DNA from: Euprymna scolopes
Taxonomy: Eukaryota
NCBI GenBank assembly: GCA_053919585.1
Contig: CM132824.1
Length of the DNA: 64,000 bases
Strand: one strand, 5' to 3'
Positions 1 to 12,867 of the stretch are shown here, piece after piece (within the stretch, counting starts at the first letter, position 1; every line of letters starts with the position of its first letter). The translations under genes and the position numbers were made by a program. A model generated the notes under the pieces. It saw nothing but the letters and a program-made list of their open reading frames with translations, was not told the origin of the DNA and made no database searches.

Positions 1-1
1 T

Positions 2-1261
2 TTTCGACAATTTTTTTATATTTGCTGAATATTTGGTCTCCTCAAGAATGTCGGTAATTGCATGTTGTATTTCATGCTCGTTAAGCTGTGAAATTTGTAA
101 AAAACGACCAATTTGGAAATGCGTGATTTTTCTTGCATTATCGAATTGTTCTGCTGAATTTGGGATGCAGAGAATTGGCACACCGTTGTACACACTCTCG
201 AATAACCCTTGCCGGCCACAATGGTAGATAAATAATTTGCTGCTTGGATGTGCCAAAGCATCGTTTTCAGAAAGTCCAGAATACATCAAAATGTTTTCGT
301 GCTGTTCTTCACTGTCGCATTTCCAAAATACTCGCCATTTTATATTTCGAAAAACAGACAGAAATAAAGAATGAATGAGAGAACCTGTTTTGAATTTTGA
401 TCCGAATGAGATTATGATAATACCATTATTGGCAGAGTCGAAGAATTCACTGATTGGAAATGATATAGGATCTGCTCTTTTTAACCGTAAGCATCCAACA
501 CGAATAAAATTGGGCATTACTGGCTCAGGAAAATCAAGAACCGTATCTGAACTCTCTATAAATAGGTCTGACATCTTTGGAAGATCTTCTTGGTCATTCC
601 AAGAGAGTTTGGGGGCAATATTGAATCCGTTGGACTGTGATATAGACCAATTAATCAAGAGCCGAGAGAAAAAATGGTATAGAAAATTACCAAGACGTTC
701 ATGAAATGGTATTTTCAGATGAAATGGTGAAAGGATATGCGGTAGAAAACTGTTTGTAATAGGATGACCAATTTCTAACCGGGAAATTTCACTTCCAAGA
801 CTGACAAATGGAATTGACAGATTGTAGGGAACAAGATAGAGACATTTGATAAAGAAAACGAATTCAACTATAGCCAAATCAAAACGCTCTTCTTGAAGTT
901 TCTTAAGTGAGCCTACATCTTTTTCAATGTGGGAGCAGATAATTTGACGAAGTTCACTCATTTTTTCGAGGGGTGTATCTTGTTTGTTTACCATGTTGAA
1001 AAAGGTGTTCATTTTGTCAACCATCTTATGTCCGTATCCGATGACGCGTGAAGTGTCTCCAAGCTGACTGGTATCGAAACCCCATGGTAAAAGAAAAACA
1101 ATTTCGTGACCACGTTTAACCAACTCTCTGCCGAGGGCGTCCATCTCTGTCACGTGGTTTTGAATAGCAATTGGCAATGCTAGGATCTTAATGCTTTCTG
1201 ATTCATCGATGCACACGTAACAAAGAAATGAGAGAAGACAAAGTAGCAGCCGATAATTCAT
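2..1261 (-). CDS. UDP-glycosyltransferase (UGT/GT1 family), 5' 420 codons; continues beyond the left window edge
   Basis: Manual translation from ATG 1261 gives 420 codons with no stop: signal peptide MNYRLLLCLLSFLCYVC, KILALPIAIQNHVTEMDALGRELVKRGHEI, FDLAIVE, PYNLSIPF, FHERLGN, IIISFGS, signature GLSENDALAHPSSKLFIYHCGRQGLFESVYNGVPILCIPNSAEQ, YSANIKKLSK. Colinear with the UGT at 23800. A polypyrimidine tract and acceptor (ttttacttcttacAG) lie 1 nt before the ATG. Confidence 0.95.
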   Translation of the reverse strand, partial: MNYRLLLCLLSFLCYVCIDESESIKILALPIAIQNHVTEMDALGRELVKRGHEIVFLLPWGFDTSQLGDTSRVIGYGHKMVDKMNTFFNMVNKQDTPLEKMSELRQIICSHIEKDVGSLKKLQEERFDLAIVEFVFFIKCLYLVPYNLSIPFVSLGSEISRLEIGHPITNSFLPHILSPFHLKIPFHERLGNFLYHFFSRLLINWSISQSNGFNIAPKLSWNDQEDLPKMSDLFIESSDTVLDFPEPVMPNFIRVGCLRLKRADPISFPISEFFDSANNGIIIISFGSKFKTGSLIHSLFLSVFRNIKWRVFWKCDSEEQHENILMYSGLSENDALAHPSSKLFIYHCGRQGLFESVYNGVPILCIPNSAEQFDNARKITHFQIGRFLQISQLNEHEIQHAITDILEETKYSANIKKLSK

Positions 1262-1262
1262 G

Positions 1263-1290
1263 CTGTAAGAAGTAAAATAAAAAAAAGACT
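1263..1290 (-). promoter_or_regulatory. Splice acceptor of a 5'-UTR intron of the left UGT
   Basis: Minus strand reads gtctttttttattttacttcttacAG|c ATG. Confidence 0.7.
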
Positions 1291-2057
1291 GACAGGTAAA
1301 ACATTTGTAAATTTAATTTACTGTTCAATTTGATAGGTGAAAATGTTAGATAAATGTGGTGAACGGCTTATCTCCCCTGCCTCCAGTATAATAATGGACT
1401 GCTCCTATTTATAAGCGATCTTATTTCCACTAACTTCTTTCATATATGCTGCATAAATATGTTAGGAATAAAACACGAAACAGAGAAGCAGTATTTTATT
1501 ATTGCTTAATATGTCCCTTAACTATTTCACACTAATCCCATCTCTATGCACATTTAACATGCATTTGTACTAATCTATTCTAAAAAAATGTCTAAGATTT
1601 AAGGCCTAAGCTTAAGGGGTCTTAATAATCTTGTTTAATTTATTTGTAATGACTAAGGAGCAAATTCATTGCAAATCTCAAATATTTGAATTTTTAAATG
1701 AGAGATTGTGCCCATAACATGCCATCCCATAAAAAAAATTAATTACTTAAAAGAAACTGAAAATTGTGGAACATTCGTTAGGCTTTATACCTATTGGATT
1801 CATCTGAATTTTTACAAAAGGTTTACACAGACTTTACATAAAACTAAATTAAACTGCATCTAATATTTTCATTAACTGTTTTTTCTTTTCGCAATAAACT
1901 TTTTTTATAAACATCAGCTTCCGAGTTGGTTTACCCACAGATCAGCACGAATCTGAATTATTAACGGTAAGAGAAGCATATAATCCACACGACAGAAATT
2001 AAAATGTGCTAATTTTGAAATAGACCAAGTGTGAAGCTTCTTCTTTAAAACTTACAC

Positions 2058-2160
2058 CACTATGAAAACTTATACCTTGTACTATGAAAACATATACCTT
2101 GTACTATGAAAACATATACTTTGTACTATGAAAACTTATACCTTACACTATGAAAATATG
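2058..2160. repeat. 22 bp minisatellite (actatgaaaacwtataccttgt), about 4.5 copies
   Basis: Direct tandem repetition visible. Confidence 0.9.
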
Positions 2161-2747
2161 CCTTACTGTTGTTTAAACAAGCAAAATATGCGACCAAACA
2201 ATTTAGACAAACAAAAATATGCAACCAGAGCAGAAGGTAATCCTGGAAACTTGTCTGAAAAAAAAAAAAAAGAAAATTCTAATACACAAAATTAAACACC
2301 GCCTATTTGCTTGCCAACATACACATACACGTTAGTAAATCTATGCACAAAACCGATAACTAGGTAATTGTCAGAAACTGCAACAAATGCTTATAAATAT
2401 CAAATAATCTACACATAAAACCTAACTACTACGACGAATGCAATTTTCTAGCATAGTAGATGATCTAATATTATGAATTTTTTGTCAGCTTTGTTCAAGA
2501 AACATAAAAAGTTTCGTAAGATAAATAATATTTAGCACAAGAAAAGAAAAAAATCATATAACTATAAGTTTTTTTTTTGTTTGTTTTTTTTTTTCAAAAA
2601 CATATTTAACTTTCCCAAATCAACCGATTGCTTTCTAATGAAATAATATTTCTTTTGAAAAATCCGGAATTTAAAGGAATTCAAATAGACTCTTCTTCAT
2701 TGTTTTGTTAAATATTAAGAAAGTATGGAAATAAATATGTAACTATC

Positions 2748-3620
2748 TTGAGCACGTGGTACAATGGGGAAAGGAGTGGCTGGTTACTTTTAATGCATCT
2801 AAAACCAAGCTTCTATCTTTATATCATTAACGTTCTGATCCCCATCTGCCATCAATTAAAATGAATGGCTCTCGTCTTCAGGAGGTCTCATGTTTTGACA
2901 AGCTTCTGGGCTTGACCTTTACTCCTGATCTTAAATGAAACACGTACATCAAATCCATTGCCAAGGCCACTAGAAAAATGGTGAGATCCTTCTATCAATC
3001 CAGTAGATATCTCACTGCTGATGCAATTCTCTATCTATATAAGAGCCAGGTACGTCCAAGGATGGAGTACTGTTACCACATCTAGGCAGGAGCTGCTAGA
3101 AAGGACATCCTGCCTTGATAAAGTTCAAAATAGACTTCGTAGCCTCGTAGGAGATGTCTTTTTCTCTTTCCTGCAACCTTTATCTCACAGAAGAGATGTT
3201 GCGAGTTTTTCTCTGCTTTATCGTTATTTTCATGGCAAGTGCTCGACTGAGCTTCAATCTATGGTCCTCCCTCGCCAAACTTTCACAAGAAACACTCGTC
3301 TAGCTGAAAACACCATCAATAATTCCCCCCCCCACTCTTTATCTGTGTCTAGACCTAAACGTAGATTCCATGAACAAAGCATCTTTCTTAGAACTGCACG
3401 CCTGTGGAACTGTCTTCCGTTTTCCTGCTTTCCAGCTGACTACAATCTGATTGTCTTCAAGTCCAACATAAACAAGTTCTGGAGGAGCCGTTCCACTAAA
3501 GTTAACAAATTTATCGAATTTTCATTACTAACGATTACTATATTGTCCAATTGACTACTGTACACTCTTAACCCTTACCCTCAAGTGGTCTCTGAGCCTT
3601 GATAAGTGGTGATTCCTATG

Positions 3621-3623
<3 letters not shown>
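2748..3623 (+). mobile_element. 5'-truncated, decayed CR1-group (Zenon-like) LINE
   Basis: Encodes VQWGKEWLVTFNASKT ... LQPLSHRRDVASFSLLYRYFHGKCS ... RTARLWN, homologous to the C-terminus of the 970 aa ORF. 3' UTR shared with the 49975-52430 copy; followed by (TA)n. Confidence 0.9.
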
Positions 3624-3657
<34 letters not shown>

Positions 3658-3659
3658 TG

Positions 3660-4165
3660 CCATGGGTGAATTGGGGGTCGAAACAGTTACAGAATTACTT
3701 AACAAAAGGCATGAAGAAGTCAGTTGACATCGTCCTCTGTAAGAAACCATGCACAACAAACTGGAATCAACACCATACAATCAGCCTAATGAGTCACATC
3801 GCTAACTTTTTTTTATGCGTGTAATCATGAACAAAATGAGAAACAAGATACTGCAAGAAGTAGCTGAAGCACAGTTTGGTTTCAGGGCCGATAAGTATAC
3901 AAGGAATGCAATCTTTGCATCGAAAACTTTTATAGAAAGATTTATAGTGTGTGCTTCGTAAACTACTCAAAGGTAGTTGACAGGGTACAACACACGGATT
4001 TGTTAACATCTATGAAAAGAATCTTAAAGCTCAGAAATATCTATTGAGAGTAGGAAGCAGTTATCAACGTTGATAATGATTGCAGCGACTATAGACCAGT
4101 CCACAAAGGAGCAAGACAAGAATGTGTTTTCTCGCCTGACATCTTCAACAATTATAGTGAAACTA
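3660..4165 (+). mobile_element. Decayed RTE-clade LINE reverse transcriptase fragment
   Basis: Frameshifted remnants HTISLMSHIA, EAQFGFR, RQECVFSPDIFN. Confidence 0.7.
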
Positions 4166-4320
4166 GACTGGGTGTCCGAGATTGCCCAGGTGTTTGGAGG
4201 TGCGTGTTGAGCAAAAACAAAAAAAAAGTGGTAGTAGGCAGGCAGGCTTGAACCCATACCGCTAAGGAGGAGAAGAATATGAAAAAAGAAAGTGACGTCT
4301 TTACCGTTGCGTCCATCGCC
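4166..4320 (-). mobile_element. tRNA-derived SINE-like element
   Basis: Minus strand has an A-box-like tggacgcaacgg and a B-box-like ggttcaagcc. Confidence 0.5.
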
Positions 4321-4374
4321 AAACCGAAAGTGGTGATGGTTTAGATTAGTCAATCAAAAAGAGGGGATGACTTT

Positions 4375-4607
4375 CGAAAAATATTAACGAAAAAGCGACC
4401 CTCTCCAATGCAATGTAGACAACAATGTATTGTGCATATAGGAATGTGAAGCTTCATCTTAGTACAACACAATAGTCACCAACTAGTGCAGTCGATTTGA
4501 TTGAAAAATGGATGATTTCACCGATTTCGATGACAATAAAACTATGGCAGTGTGAAACATTGTTGATCTTTATTCAATCTCGGGAAACGTCGGGTTTCCC
4601 TGCTTGT
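4375..4607 (+). mobile_element. Non-autonomous Helitron family A, 3' part (other copies about 12230-12835, 49700-49966, 61945-62354, 62870-63440)
   Basis: Shared internal sequence ctctacagtgcaatg...atttcaccgatttcgatgacaataaaa and a 3' hairpin ccgggcaacgtcggg followed by ctgCTAG-like end; the 12230 copy starts with a/TCtactattatataaa. Confidence 0.7.
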
Positions 4608-4615
4608 ATGTGTGA

Positions 4616-4666
<51 letters not shown>

Positions 4667-4988
4667 TGTCTTTTTAAATACTTTAAAAGATTGTCACTTT
4701 AAAACTTGTTTACTTATAAAAAAAACTTTTTTTCTCTAACAATAGGTCAAAGTAAACTTTAATGTCGCGTTTGCGAGATGTCCTATATATATATATATAA
4801 AGTAGGTTAAAAGCAGGCAATAATGTAGCTATGACCTCGATCCAGGCTTCTTATCAGCCTAAGGCAATTCAACAAGCCCATTTCACAGTTGAGCAAGTGT
4901 AAGCAAGATATGATATATATGATAGAATTATTTAAAGAATTTCTTACCAACAAATATTTTCCGAGTAATTTATTCAGCCTTGAAACGG

Positions 4989-5044
<56 letters not shown>

Positions 5045-6863
5045 ATAAAATAACCACAGGAATTCCCCTACGGACAAAATTATTGTAAGTTTGCAACAAC
5101 AGATGCCGCATACAAATTCAATACAGCTAGCCTCATGGTTACTATCTTACGTAGCTTTCAAACACCATTTCAGACACATTCAATCGTGATAATAAAATAC
5201 GTTGCATCCTACGAACAAACCATTACAATCGCAACATCGTTAGAGGAAGGAGTCTCTATTTTTCTGTCTTAATATTTAATCCTGCCATTGCTATCAGTAG
5301 AATTCTACACGTTCCACAGATTCTGTGATTAAACCGACTGTAACTGGCTCATACATACATAGATTTAACATAATCTAATTTGCAATTCATAATTCATAAA
5401 TCCTCCCTCGCCAAAGTCCGTCCATTCTGATTGGCTGAGCTCTAATAATTCTCATATTCTGGAATCCGGTCCTTCACTTTATAAACGAACGGTTACTAAC
5501 ATTAAAATATGGCATTACTAAAAAGACATTATTTCGCTTGGCGTCAAGTCCATTAAATGCATAGGTCATTTCAGTTATGTAAGATCGAAAAATACAAGAG
5601 AGAGAAAATCATTAAACGAACGTTCAATAACCAGTTTACTTGCTTTCTTTTACAAAGTTAAAACACACTATCCACTATAAGAATCTTCTTTGCGAATTTT
5701 AACATTATGCTTTCTTTTATATGTAAACATGACCCTAATTGGCGTTGCCAGATCATAATAAATATTTGAAGCCAAATCTTTCAGATAAAGGCCAAAAAGG
5801 ACCAAATTGATAACTGTAGCCAAATTGCCACAAACAAAAAAGCCAAATTGCCACAAAGAGTGTGTGCATAAATATATAAACATTTATGTATTTTTCAATC
5901 ATTGTTGTGATTTTTGTGTGCTTGTGTACATTGTTTTGAACCGATGCATTTCATTTATATTTATATATTGAACAGTTTAGCTCTGAAATATTTGCAGATA
6001 TATATATGATTGCTACTTCTTGACAGAAACTTTCTATCCTTTCAGATCGATGTAGAGCAAACCTGCTACACTCGTGCAAAATCATTCATAGAGGTGGCAG
6101 GGGAACTTGTCAGTATTTGGTGTTGTTTGTGATGGGACCTCATTATGCACATCTGAGAGTCTTGTCAAAACGGTTGCTAAATTAGAGATGTCACCAGAGA
6201 TATTATAGCAATACTTGTCTGATCTGGGAAGCAGCACAATCTTATAGTATTGTTGGTCATGCTTGAGATTGTGTGACCTCACATAGTTTACTAACGCGGC
6301 TTATATATTCAATAAATATTAATAAAATTTTATACCTACTATTTCATGCTTGTGCAATTATCAGTGCAAGAAGTAATAATCATTGCATGTCACGTGACTT
6401 GACCCAGACAATAAAACCAACCTTGGCTTTGTTGGCAAGTGTGCTTTCATGGTGGCCATCAATAATTAACATTTAAATGGAGGTGTATTAAGATACTTAT
6501 GAAGCTGTGTAAGCGGGATTGTCATAATAAAACAGTGATGAGAGTATTCAAACAATAAGAAAATTTGGAATGACGCAGCTAATTAACGGCTTTACTCTCA
6601 ATTCACCAAATAGGGCTTAACTTTAATCTTCTTAACAGAGTTTTATAACTCTAATATTATTCAACGTTGATAACATTTTATACTTACAGACACTTTCATG
6701 CTTACAAAATCATCATGATCATGGAAATGGTAATTAATGTTGGTCGGAAAATTCAAACACAGACAACAAAGTTGTAGCTAGCATTCTTTTCCCCTCAGTC
6801 ATCAGGAATTAACTAATATATATTTTAGTTAATTCCTGATGACTGAGGGGAAAAGAACTATAT

Positions 6864-7074
6864 NNNNNNNNNNNNNNNNNNNNNNNNNNNNNNNNNNNNN
6901 NNNNNNNNNNNNNNNNNNNNNNNNNNNNNNNNNNNNNNNNNNNNNNNNNNNNNNNNNNNNNNNNNNNNNNNNNNNNNNNNNNNNNNNNNNNNNNNNNNNN
7001 NNNNNNNNNNNNNNNNNNNNNNNNNNNNNNNNNNNNNNNNNNNNNNNNNNNNNNNNNNNNNNNNNNNNNNNNNN
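6864..7074. other. Assembly gap (further gaps at 41219-41503, 42107-42261, 60047-60184, 63821-63960)
   Basis: N runs. Confidence 1.
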
Positions 7075-7159
7075 TTTACGTGTGATATCTCCTATGATGG
7101 AATATTGCTGGCACATCTGAGAATGTTACATTTTGTTTAAAATAAACTAAATATGATGG

Positions 7160-7826
7160 TAAATTGTTTCTCAGTTTATTACAGCCCTTTTCTCACATCC
7201 ACATGTTGATAGTACTCCTCTACCTTAATGGTTTCGCCTGTATTCAAATAATTGTAATCTATGAAACCAGTCGCAAACCACCAAAAAGTCAATATGACCT
7301 TCTTTTGGTGCAAATCTGTATGCTGGAAGTGTCATGGAGCTTTGTCAGCGTTTAACCGCTGAGCTGAGCATCGACGATTGTTGTAAATAACCCACTTTTT
7401 ATCGCAAGTTACAACCCAGTCAAGAAACGGCTTGTTCTTATTGCATAAAAAAAGGAAAAATGACACTTGATAACTGTGTGTCTTTTGGTTGTTGTTCAAT
7501 TCGTGAGGCACACATTTATAAATTTTTTTTTCTTTCTAATCCCTCTCAAAAGGTTGGAAATTATCGTTTACGTTTTGTCTTATTCTGAAGCACGTTCTTG
7601 AAGCGTGGTGCATGAATTGATTCAACTAAGGCTCTTAATTGATCGTTGTCAATATACGATGGCCAACCACTACGCTCATCATGGTCACAAGTTTCTCAAA
7701 CCAATATTATGCTGTGCGTTCAGTAGTGGTTCTTGGGCCAAACGCTTCGTTGATATTGTGAGTTGTTTCAGCAGCTTTTTGGTCCAGCTTGAAATAAGAA
7801 AATTATACGAATTTACTTTTTTCCAT
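7160..7826 (-). mobile_element. Decayed mariner transposase fragment
   Basis: Frameshifted FKLDQKAAETTHNINEAFGP (N-terminal HTH) and PFLDWVVTCDKKW (first catalytic Asp motif, cf. VTGDEKW). Confidence 0.75.
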
Positions 7827-9184
7827 CTGGTATTCAATGTTCTGAAAAGAAAACGTAATTGTTTTAAAACGATTAGGTAGATCGAAAAAACGCACTTTAA
7901 AATGATACACAAAGTCTTCGCTAAATATCGATAAGCAAAAATAAATCCAGTGAAAATCCTAAAGGATAAACATAAAAATAAAAAGTATTTACTGTTTATA
8001 CGTTATCACCTTTCACACAAATTAAAACTGAGATAGTCCGATTAGAAAAGGATTGATTCATTTGATGTCGTTAAGGTAACAAAAAAAATCGATTTACTCA
8101 TTTTCAATTGAATCATTCCAAAATCAAATTATGTGATCTCATCGACTAAAACAATTTGGAATAAATATAAAATTGTTTTATTAATTTGAAGAATATTTAA
8201 CTGGCAATTATTTTTTTTTACCGTAAGTGACATACTTTATTTACCTAAAGTAAATGGAAATGACGATCATTTTCACAGAAGAGTTATTTTTGAAAATAAG
8301 TATTGACTCTAAAAGACACTTAGACTTAGGGTAAGTAATTTTTTTATTATTTTATTTATTTATTTTTTTTTTTTTTTTCAGTATTTGAGCTCCAACAACA
8401 ACGACAAGCGGCCATTTCTTCTCCTATATATAAAAACGCTTTGGACTAAATCTGAATTTGGAATGAAAATTCAAAACAGTTTATGAATTTTAAAGGTGGG
8501 TAGAAAATACAATTTTTTAAAGTTGTTTTTTTTTTTACCTAATTCCTTTTAACTAGGAACAAAAAACAAAATGTTGTATCCGTTCTGATACTACACTTTA
8601 TATGTTCTGTCTTCGGTCACTGAAAGAAAGTGACTATAACAATTTTAATTTTTGTCTAAATTCTAGAGTGCACTCTTTTGGAGAGCTGCATTTTCGTCAT
8701 AAAAAAGACCCCTCTCCCCCCCCCCCCAAAAAAAACGATCTAGTGTCTAACTGTCCTCGTGGGAATGCAAGTAAGTAAGGACTATTACATAAAAAAGAGA
8801 TTTTGGAATTTAATTAGTTTGCCATTGTTTGCTTATTAAATTATCATTTGCACCAAATGGTTATAAAGATTGAACCGGAGAGAATTGTCAACCAAGTGCT
8901 TTAATGGACTCCTGATGGAAAAATAAAGGATGATAAAAAATAAACGGGAAATATTTGAGTTATATATTTGTTTATTTTCCGAAATGTACGAAAAACAAAA
9001 CAAAAAAAACCCAAAAAAAACTAGGCACAAGGCCACTAAAAAATTGGAGGAGAGGTGTCTATGGTCATCCTCGTCACTGAACCTTCTATGCTTGATCTGA
9101 GCTAAAGTTCTCGTTCACCACAATTCGTCAAGTACACCGGAGTCGTCCTACTTAAGATTCCCAAATCAAATCCATTTATATATA

Positions 9185-9986
9185 TATATATATAAAGTGA
9201 AATTGTCTGTGTGTGTACATTTCCCTACCAAACTACTCTGTCAATTTTCAGTCTACAGACTCGAGATTTGACATAAGAGGTATTGAGATTTGGGGAAATC
9301 TTTTTAATCGGTTTTCAGTCAGAAATTTGGCTGTCAAATGGTCAAAGTTCAACGATTTGACCTTTAAAAACCCTACCAATTCCTCTGCCAATTTTGGGTT
9401 TAAACACTTGAAATTTTAGATTTTTTTACTTGGACATGGATCAAATTTTTTAATTTGATTTGAGCCCAATACAAATGTTAAGGGGTCAAAGTTAAAAACA
9501 ATTTGACCTTTGCGGTCTCTACCAAATTACTCAGCCAATTTTTGCTCTAAACATTTGAAATTTTACATAAAGCATATTCAGACATCGGGAAAGCTTTTTA
9601 ATGGGTTTTTGGCCAAAAATTTGGCTGCCAAGCGGTCAAAGTTCAAAAGATTTGAGCTTTGCGGTCTTTAGCAAACTATTAAGCCAATTTTGGGTCTAAA
9701 CATTTTAAATTTTACATAAAGGGTATTCAGACATGCAACAAGCTTTTTAATAAGTTTTTGGACGAAAATTTGGCTGCCAAGAGGTCAAAGTTGAAAGAGT
9801 TGATCTTTGCAGACTCTATAAAAAAAAAAAAAACCTCTTCCGCCAATTTTGGGTCTAAGCACTAGAAATTTTAGATGTAGGTTACCTGAAAATGAGTCAA
9901 ACGTTTTAGTGTTATATATATATATATATATATATATGCACATAAAGTACATAGGACCCGAGCAAAGCTGGGCTGAACTGCTTGTG
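9185..9986 (+). mobile_element. Non-autonomous Helitron-like element with internal tandem repeats of about 130-175 bp
   Basis: tatataaag...tgtctgtgtgtg start; repeated tttggctg...ggtcaaagtt...atttgacctt units; 3' hairpin cccgagcaaagctggg plus a degenerate CTAG. Related sequence recurs at 63961-64000. Confidence 0.65.
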
Positions 9987-10099
9987 TAAATATAAAATTT
10001 GAATAGAAATAAAATTATATAATATAATCGTATGTTTCTTTTATTGATGTGGAGTAGAGAAAGAAGTCCAAACAATAAAACAAAAAGGTGTGAGGACAC

Positions 10100-10975
10100 T
10101 CCCGACTCTCTCTAAATGGTAGACCACCCACTGTTTTCTGACTTGCTGAGGCTGAAAACAAGTAAGTCGATTTCTAAATGGGGCCCAAATTCTAAATGGG
10201 ATCTAAGAAAAAAGGGGCTTGGCTGAGGGTGTATAAAGATGCTCTAAGATCACTTATTGGGATGGCTAGGGATCTTGAAGATTTCCTATCAGGGATGGAG
10301 GGGACCATTCATTCGGCTAGCTAAGAAACTAATCTAAGCATTTATTTTAGGGGTCTGAAGTCTGGCAGGATATGAACTGTGCGTGCCATGCTTAGACAGG
10401 GAATACAAACTCCATCTTGGCACATCTTTATCCATCTTCAGTCAAAGGCCTTGCAGTATAATATTTTACATCTGATCTTTACCTTCAGAAGAAGGGGACC
10501 AGATCCTGATCAGCAAAAGATTAAATCTCGCGCTTCTCTTGCATTCTAGAACTCCATATCACTATTCTGGCCAGGGCCAGAATCACAAGAAACACCATTT
10601 GTCTCTCCCTGTCCCGTGCTGGCTCTGTGATGTTGATGACATAAGACCCGTCCAGTGGGCGAGGCTGCTCGGGATCGATGTGAGCCATCACTTCGTTGTA
10701 CTGTCTGAGTTTGTCTGTTGTACTGTTTGAGTCTGCTGGATTCGAAGAATACGTATTCTGGCATTTCCTCAGCTGGGGTCCTGCAATGGGGATACTAAGA
10801 CACCTTACTAGTTCAGCACTTTTCAATATGACATTGAGGGGCGTTTCAGGTCAATCGCCGGGTCAAGGAAAACTCTGGAAAAAAATTTGATTGCAATGGG
10901 AAGAAACTGGATGCTTCAGATCAAAACCAACGATATATTTTGGTTGCCTCATTCGTCACAGGACGCAGAGCTCCT
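10100..10975 (-). mobile_element. Decayed L1/Tx1-type LINE 3' fragment
   Basis: ORF 10521-10826 ends FLVILALARIVIWSSR, typical of the L1/Tx1 ORF2 C-terminus; composition differs from the flanks. Confidence 0.55.
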
Positions 10976-11958
10976 AAGTCTAAGGACATTATAAAACCAT
11001 AACATATTAAGGTATTTTAAATCTCTATTAAATTATTGGATGTAACTAACGTTCAAAATTTTCAGTATTCTCAAGGATTTTCTTAAATTTTATAACCAAT
11101 CAACTTAAATGCTTCCAAATTACTTTCAAATTTCGAAAGGTCAAAGAGTCCTTCATTTTTGTCAACTATTCAAAAAAGATTAAAATAGCTGACTTGTTTA
11201 TAAAGAAACTGAAAAGTATTCTGGTGGATTTAATTTTGTAAATATATATATAAATGTAATATTTGTATATATATCCGTTCCATCATACAAAAAAATTTTT
11301 CTGACAAATAAAAGAACTGGGAAACTAAATTTATTTCCATAATACGACGTGTTCTTTCTTTTTCCTTTCTTTCTTCTTTCGATACTAATTTATACGTTTT
11401 TTCTTTCCTATTGTTTTTACACTTTTCAGCTCTAGCCAACCCCTACCTCCTAACAAAAACAACAATAATGATAATATAAGAAAACATTTGAAAATTTTAC
11501 ATTAGAAAGGAAATGCAGCAAGCTCCTTCATCTGAAAATAATGCGGAAAAAAAAATTCAACTCGAAATAAAATAATAATGGTTTAAGACATGAATATTAA
11601 ATGCGAACACTAGCCAAGCATAATTTGAAGAAAAGGAACAATTGCCAATCGTATAGAGCGCCAATATCAAGGATTAGTAACAGGTCGTTACTCACTCGAG
11701 GAAGCTGGCTTTCGCCGCCACCCTAGCCTTGTGTCATACATGGCTAAAGTAGGATGCAAGTAAACAGCCAGGAAATACAAATAAATCAAAATAACATTCG
11801 AAACGTTGAAGTAAAAATTGAAAACAGAAAACTTGAAAACGACGTACCTTTAGCTGCGGATTCGACTTGTTGGTGAAAAAGAAAACAATCAACAAGAAAG
11901 AAAATTAGAACAGTGTAACATGATCAGTTTGTGTGTATCCATCTCACTGTCTGTAAGA

Positions 11959-12033
<75 letters not shown>

Positions 12034-12229
12034 CTGGTAGACGGGGAGATGGAAAAATAGTCCACGTTTTAATAACAAAAACCTGTATACTGAATAAATT
12101 AATCAGAGCGTGTCCCAAAAAAGAATTCAACATATTATCCTTTTTAAAGAGAATAATATGTTGAACTCTTTTTAAAGAGGATAATATGTTGAATTCTTTT
12201 TATTATGATTGAAACCGTGAAATAATCTT

Positions 12230-12835
12230 ATCTACTATTATATAAAAGGAACTTTGTTCGTTAGAGGCTTCAAACCGATTTTTTTTAAATTTCACACAAA
12301 TGTACCTTATGTGTCTGGGAGTGTTCCTAGAAAGGTTTTGTACCGCAATGCCTTCGATAATTATCGATAATTATCGATAATTTAAAAAAAAAATAAAAAA
12401 CATTAAAGATGGAACAGTCCGGTTTTGACCAAAATTACCACTTTTACACAATCTAACATCACAAGTGCATTTAAGAAGTTTTATCGCTGCACAAATGTGT
12501 CCGATGTATAAAATCAACAGTAGGTTGTTTTATATGGCAGGGGTGTGTTCGAAATGGATTTTTTGTCTAGAGCACAATTGAAGCATGATACTTGACTTTT
12601 GCATTTAAAAATGTCATTCTAACCATTATATATAATAATACTTTTATAAAATCAACTGTAAGTTCTCTACAGTGCAATGTATTATGGACTAAGTAGTGCG
12701 GCGACGAATATGAAACTTCTTCCAGGTGCACCAAATAGAAATCAATCGATTTCGACGACAATAAAATATGGAATGTTGAAATATTCGTTGATCCTTAAAT
12801 CCCGGGTAACGTCGATTCCAATTTCATTAATGAAA
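12230..12835 (+). mobile_element. Non-autonomous Helitron family A copy
   Basis: 5' atctactattatataaaag; long similarity to 62870-63440; 3' cccgggtaacgtcg hairpin remnant. Confidence 0.7.
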
Positions 12836-12867
12836 ACGTCCGAAAGAACACGGTCACAACATAAAAT

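Noticed and set aside
375-704. 109 aa plus-strand ORF with a Walker A-like GITGSGKS
   Set aside because: Antisense shadow of the UGT frame on the minus strand; no other NTPase motifs.
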